Shown here: positions 63,593-64,000 of the stretch, piece by piece | Layout: each line of letters starts with the position of its first letter | Position numbering within the stretch: the first letter of the stretch is position 1 | DNA from: an uncultured beta proteobacterium | GTDB taxonomy: Bacteria > Pseudomonadota > Gammaproteobacteria > Burkholderiales > Casimicrobiaceae | DNA length: 64,000 nt | Reading direction: 5' to 3' | NCBI GenBank assembly: GCA_963726775.1 | Contig: CAVSDL010000008.1 | Location: 105,063-169,062 of the forward strand | Program-made: the position numbers and the translations under genes | The notes under the pieces: model-generated | The model's database searches: none | What the model saw: the letters and a program-made list of their open reading frames with translations, nothing else | Told to the model about the DNA's origin: nothing

Positions 63593-64000
63593 ATGAACCG
63601 CTATTCGATCTTCAGTCTCGTGCGCAACGCGTTCAGCCATCACGAGCGCTGGCAGGCCGCGTGGCGCAGCCCCGAGCCGAAGCGCGAATACGACGTCGTG
63701 ATCGTAGGCGGCGGCGGGCATGGGCTCGCGACGGCCTATTACCTCGCCAAGGAGCACGGCATCACCGATGTCGCCGTGCTGGAAAAGGGCTGGATCGGCG
63801 GCGGCAATACCGGGCGCAACACCACCATCGTGCGTTCCAACTACCTGTGGGACGAAGCGACGCATCTCTACGAAAAGTCGATGAAGCTGTGGGAGGGTCT
63901 CTCGCAGGACCTCAATTTCAACGTGATGTTCAGCCAGCGCGGCGTGCTCAATCTCGGCCATTCGCTGCAGGACATGCGCGATATCGCGCGTCGCGTCAAT
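63593..64000 (+). CDS. soxB: Sarcosine oxidase beta subunit, N-terminal part; the gene runs off the right edge
   Basis: Hand translation from ATG 63593 gives [84 protein letters not shown]..., the characteristic SoxB N-terminus. It is open to position 64000 and absent from the ORF track. Confidence 0.85.
   Translation, partial: MNRYSIFSLVRNAFSHHERWQAAWRSPEPKREYDVVIVGGGGHGLATAYYLAKEHGITDVAVLEKGWIGGGNTGRNTTIVRSNYLWDEATHLYEKSMKLWEGLSQDLNFNVMFSQRGVLNLGHSLQDMRDIARRVN

Noticed and set aside
1-64000. CRISPR arrays, tRNA or rRNA genes, integron attC sites, prophage blocks
   Set aside because: No direct-repeat or spacer periodicity was seen. No tRNA-like T-arm signatures were found in the intergenic regions I read. 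There are no integrase or phage structural genes. A tRNAscan or CRISPR-finder run would confirm this.

Overview
High-GC chromosomal segment (roughly two-thirds G+C by eye, not computed) from a Gram-negative proteobacterium, as shown by system I cytochrome c maturation genes, lipoboxes, an outer-membrane barrel and a PEP-CTERM signal. Left to right: (1) ccmFEDCBA on the minus strand, then a secreted prolyl oligopeptidase, a gloB-like hydrolase and a RIO-type kinase. (2) A decayed patch with an IS91-like transposase tail and a lower-GC PEP-CTERM protein gene. (3) A four-gene 2-oxoacid oxidoreductase cluster (gamma, GltD-like/ferredoxin fusion, alpha, beta) whose beta subunit is broken by two frameshifts. 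(4) A PQQ-type sugar dehydrogenase lipoprotein. (5) The most unusual part: a tightly coupled seven-gene plus-strand operon (16.97-31.25 kb). It encodes a dihaem-b-like membrane protein, an FHA-anchored decahaem cytochrome, a tandem GlcG-domain lipoprotein, an SH3-plus-barrel outer-membrane protein, a 1282-aa decahaem cytochrome fused to an LVIVD propeller, a c554-like cytochrome, and a cytoplasmic FAD/NAD(P) - 2x cNMP - 4x[4Fe-4S] fusion protein. (6) A frameshifted maeB. (7) A ~1.4-kb low-GC islet with an SRPBCC protein, an HNH endonuclease and toxin-antitoxin debris. (8) A ~29-kb quaternary-amine (choline/glycine betaine) island. It combines the oxidative route (betA, betB, Rieske oxygenase, two DMGDH paralogues, soxB, GbdR-like regulator) with a complete corrinoid-dependent methyltransferase set: a non-Pyl MttB-family enzyme, corrinoid protein, RACE-type activase, pterin-binding methyltransferase, MetF/MetV-like reductase, and a stand-alone homocysteine methyltransferase domain. 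I saw no rRNA, tRNA or CRISPR array. Two families of intergenic palindromic repeats are present. Most long antisense or out-of-frame ORFs in the track are high-GC artefacts. All family assignments come from motif reading by eye; no searches were run.
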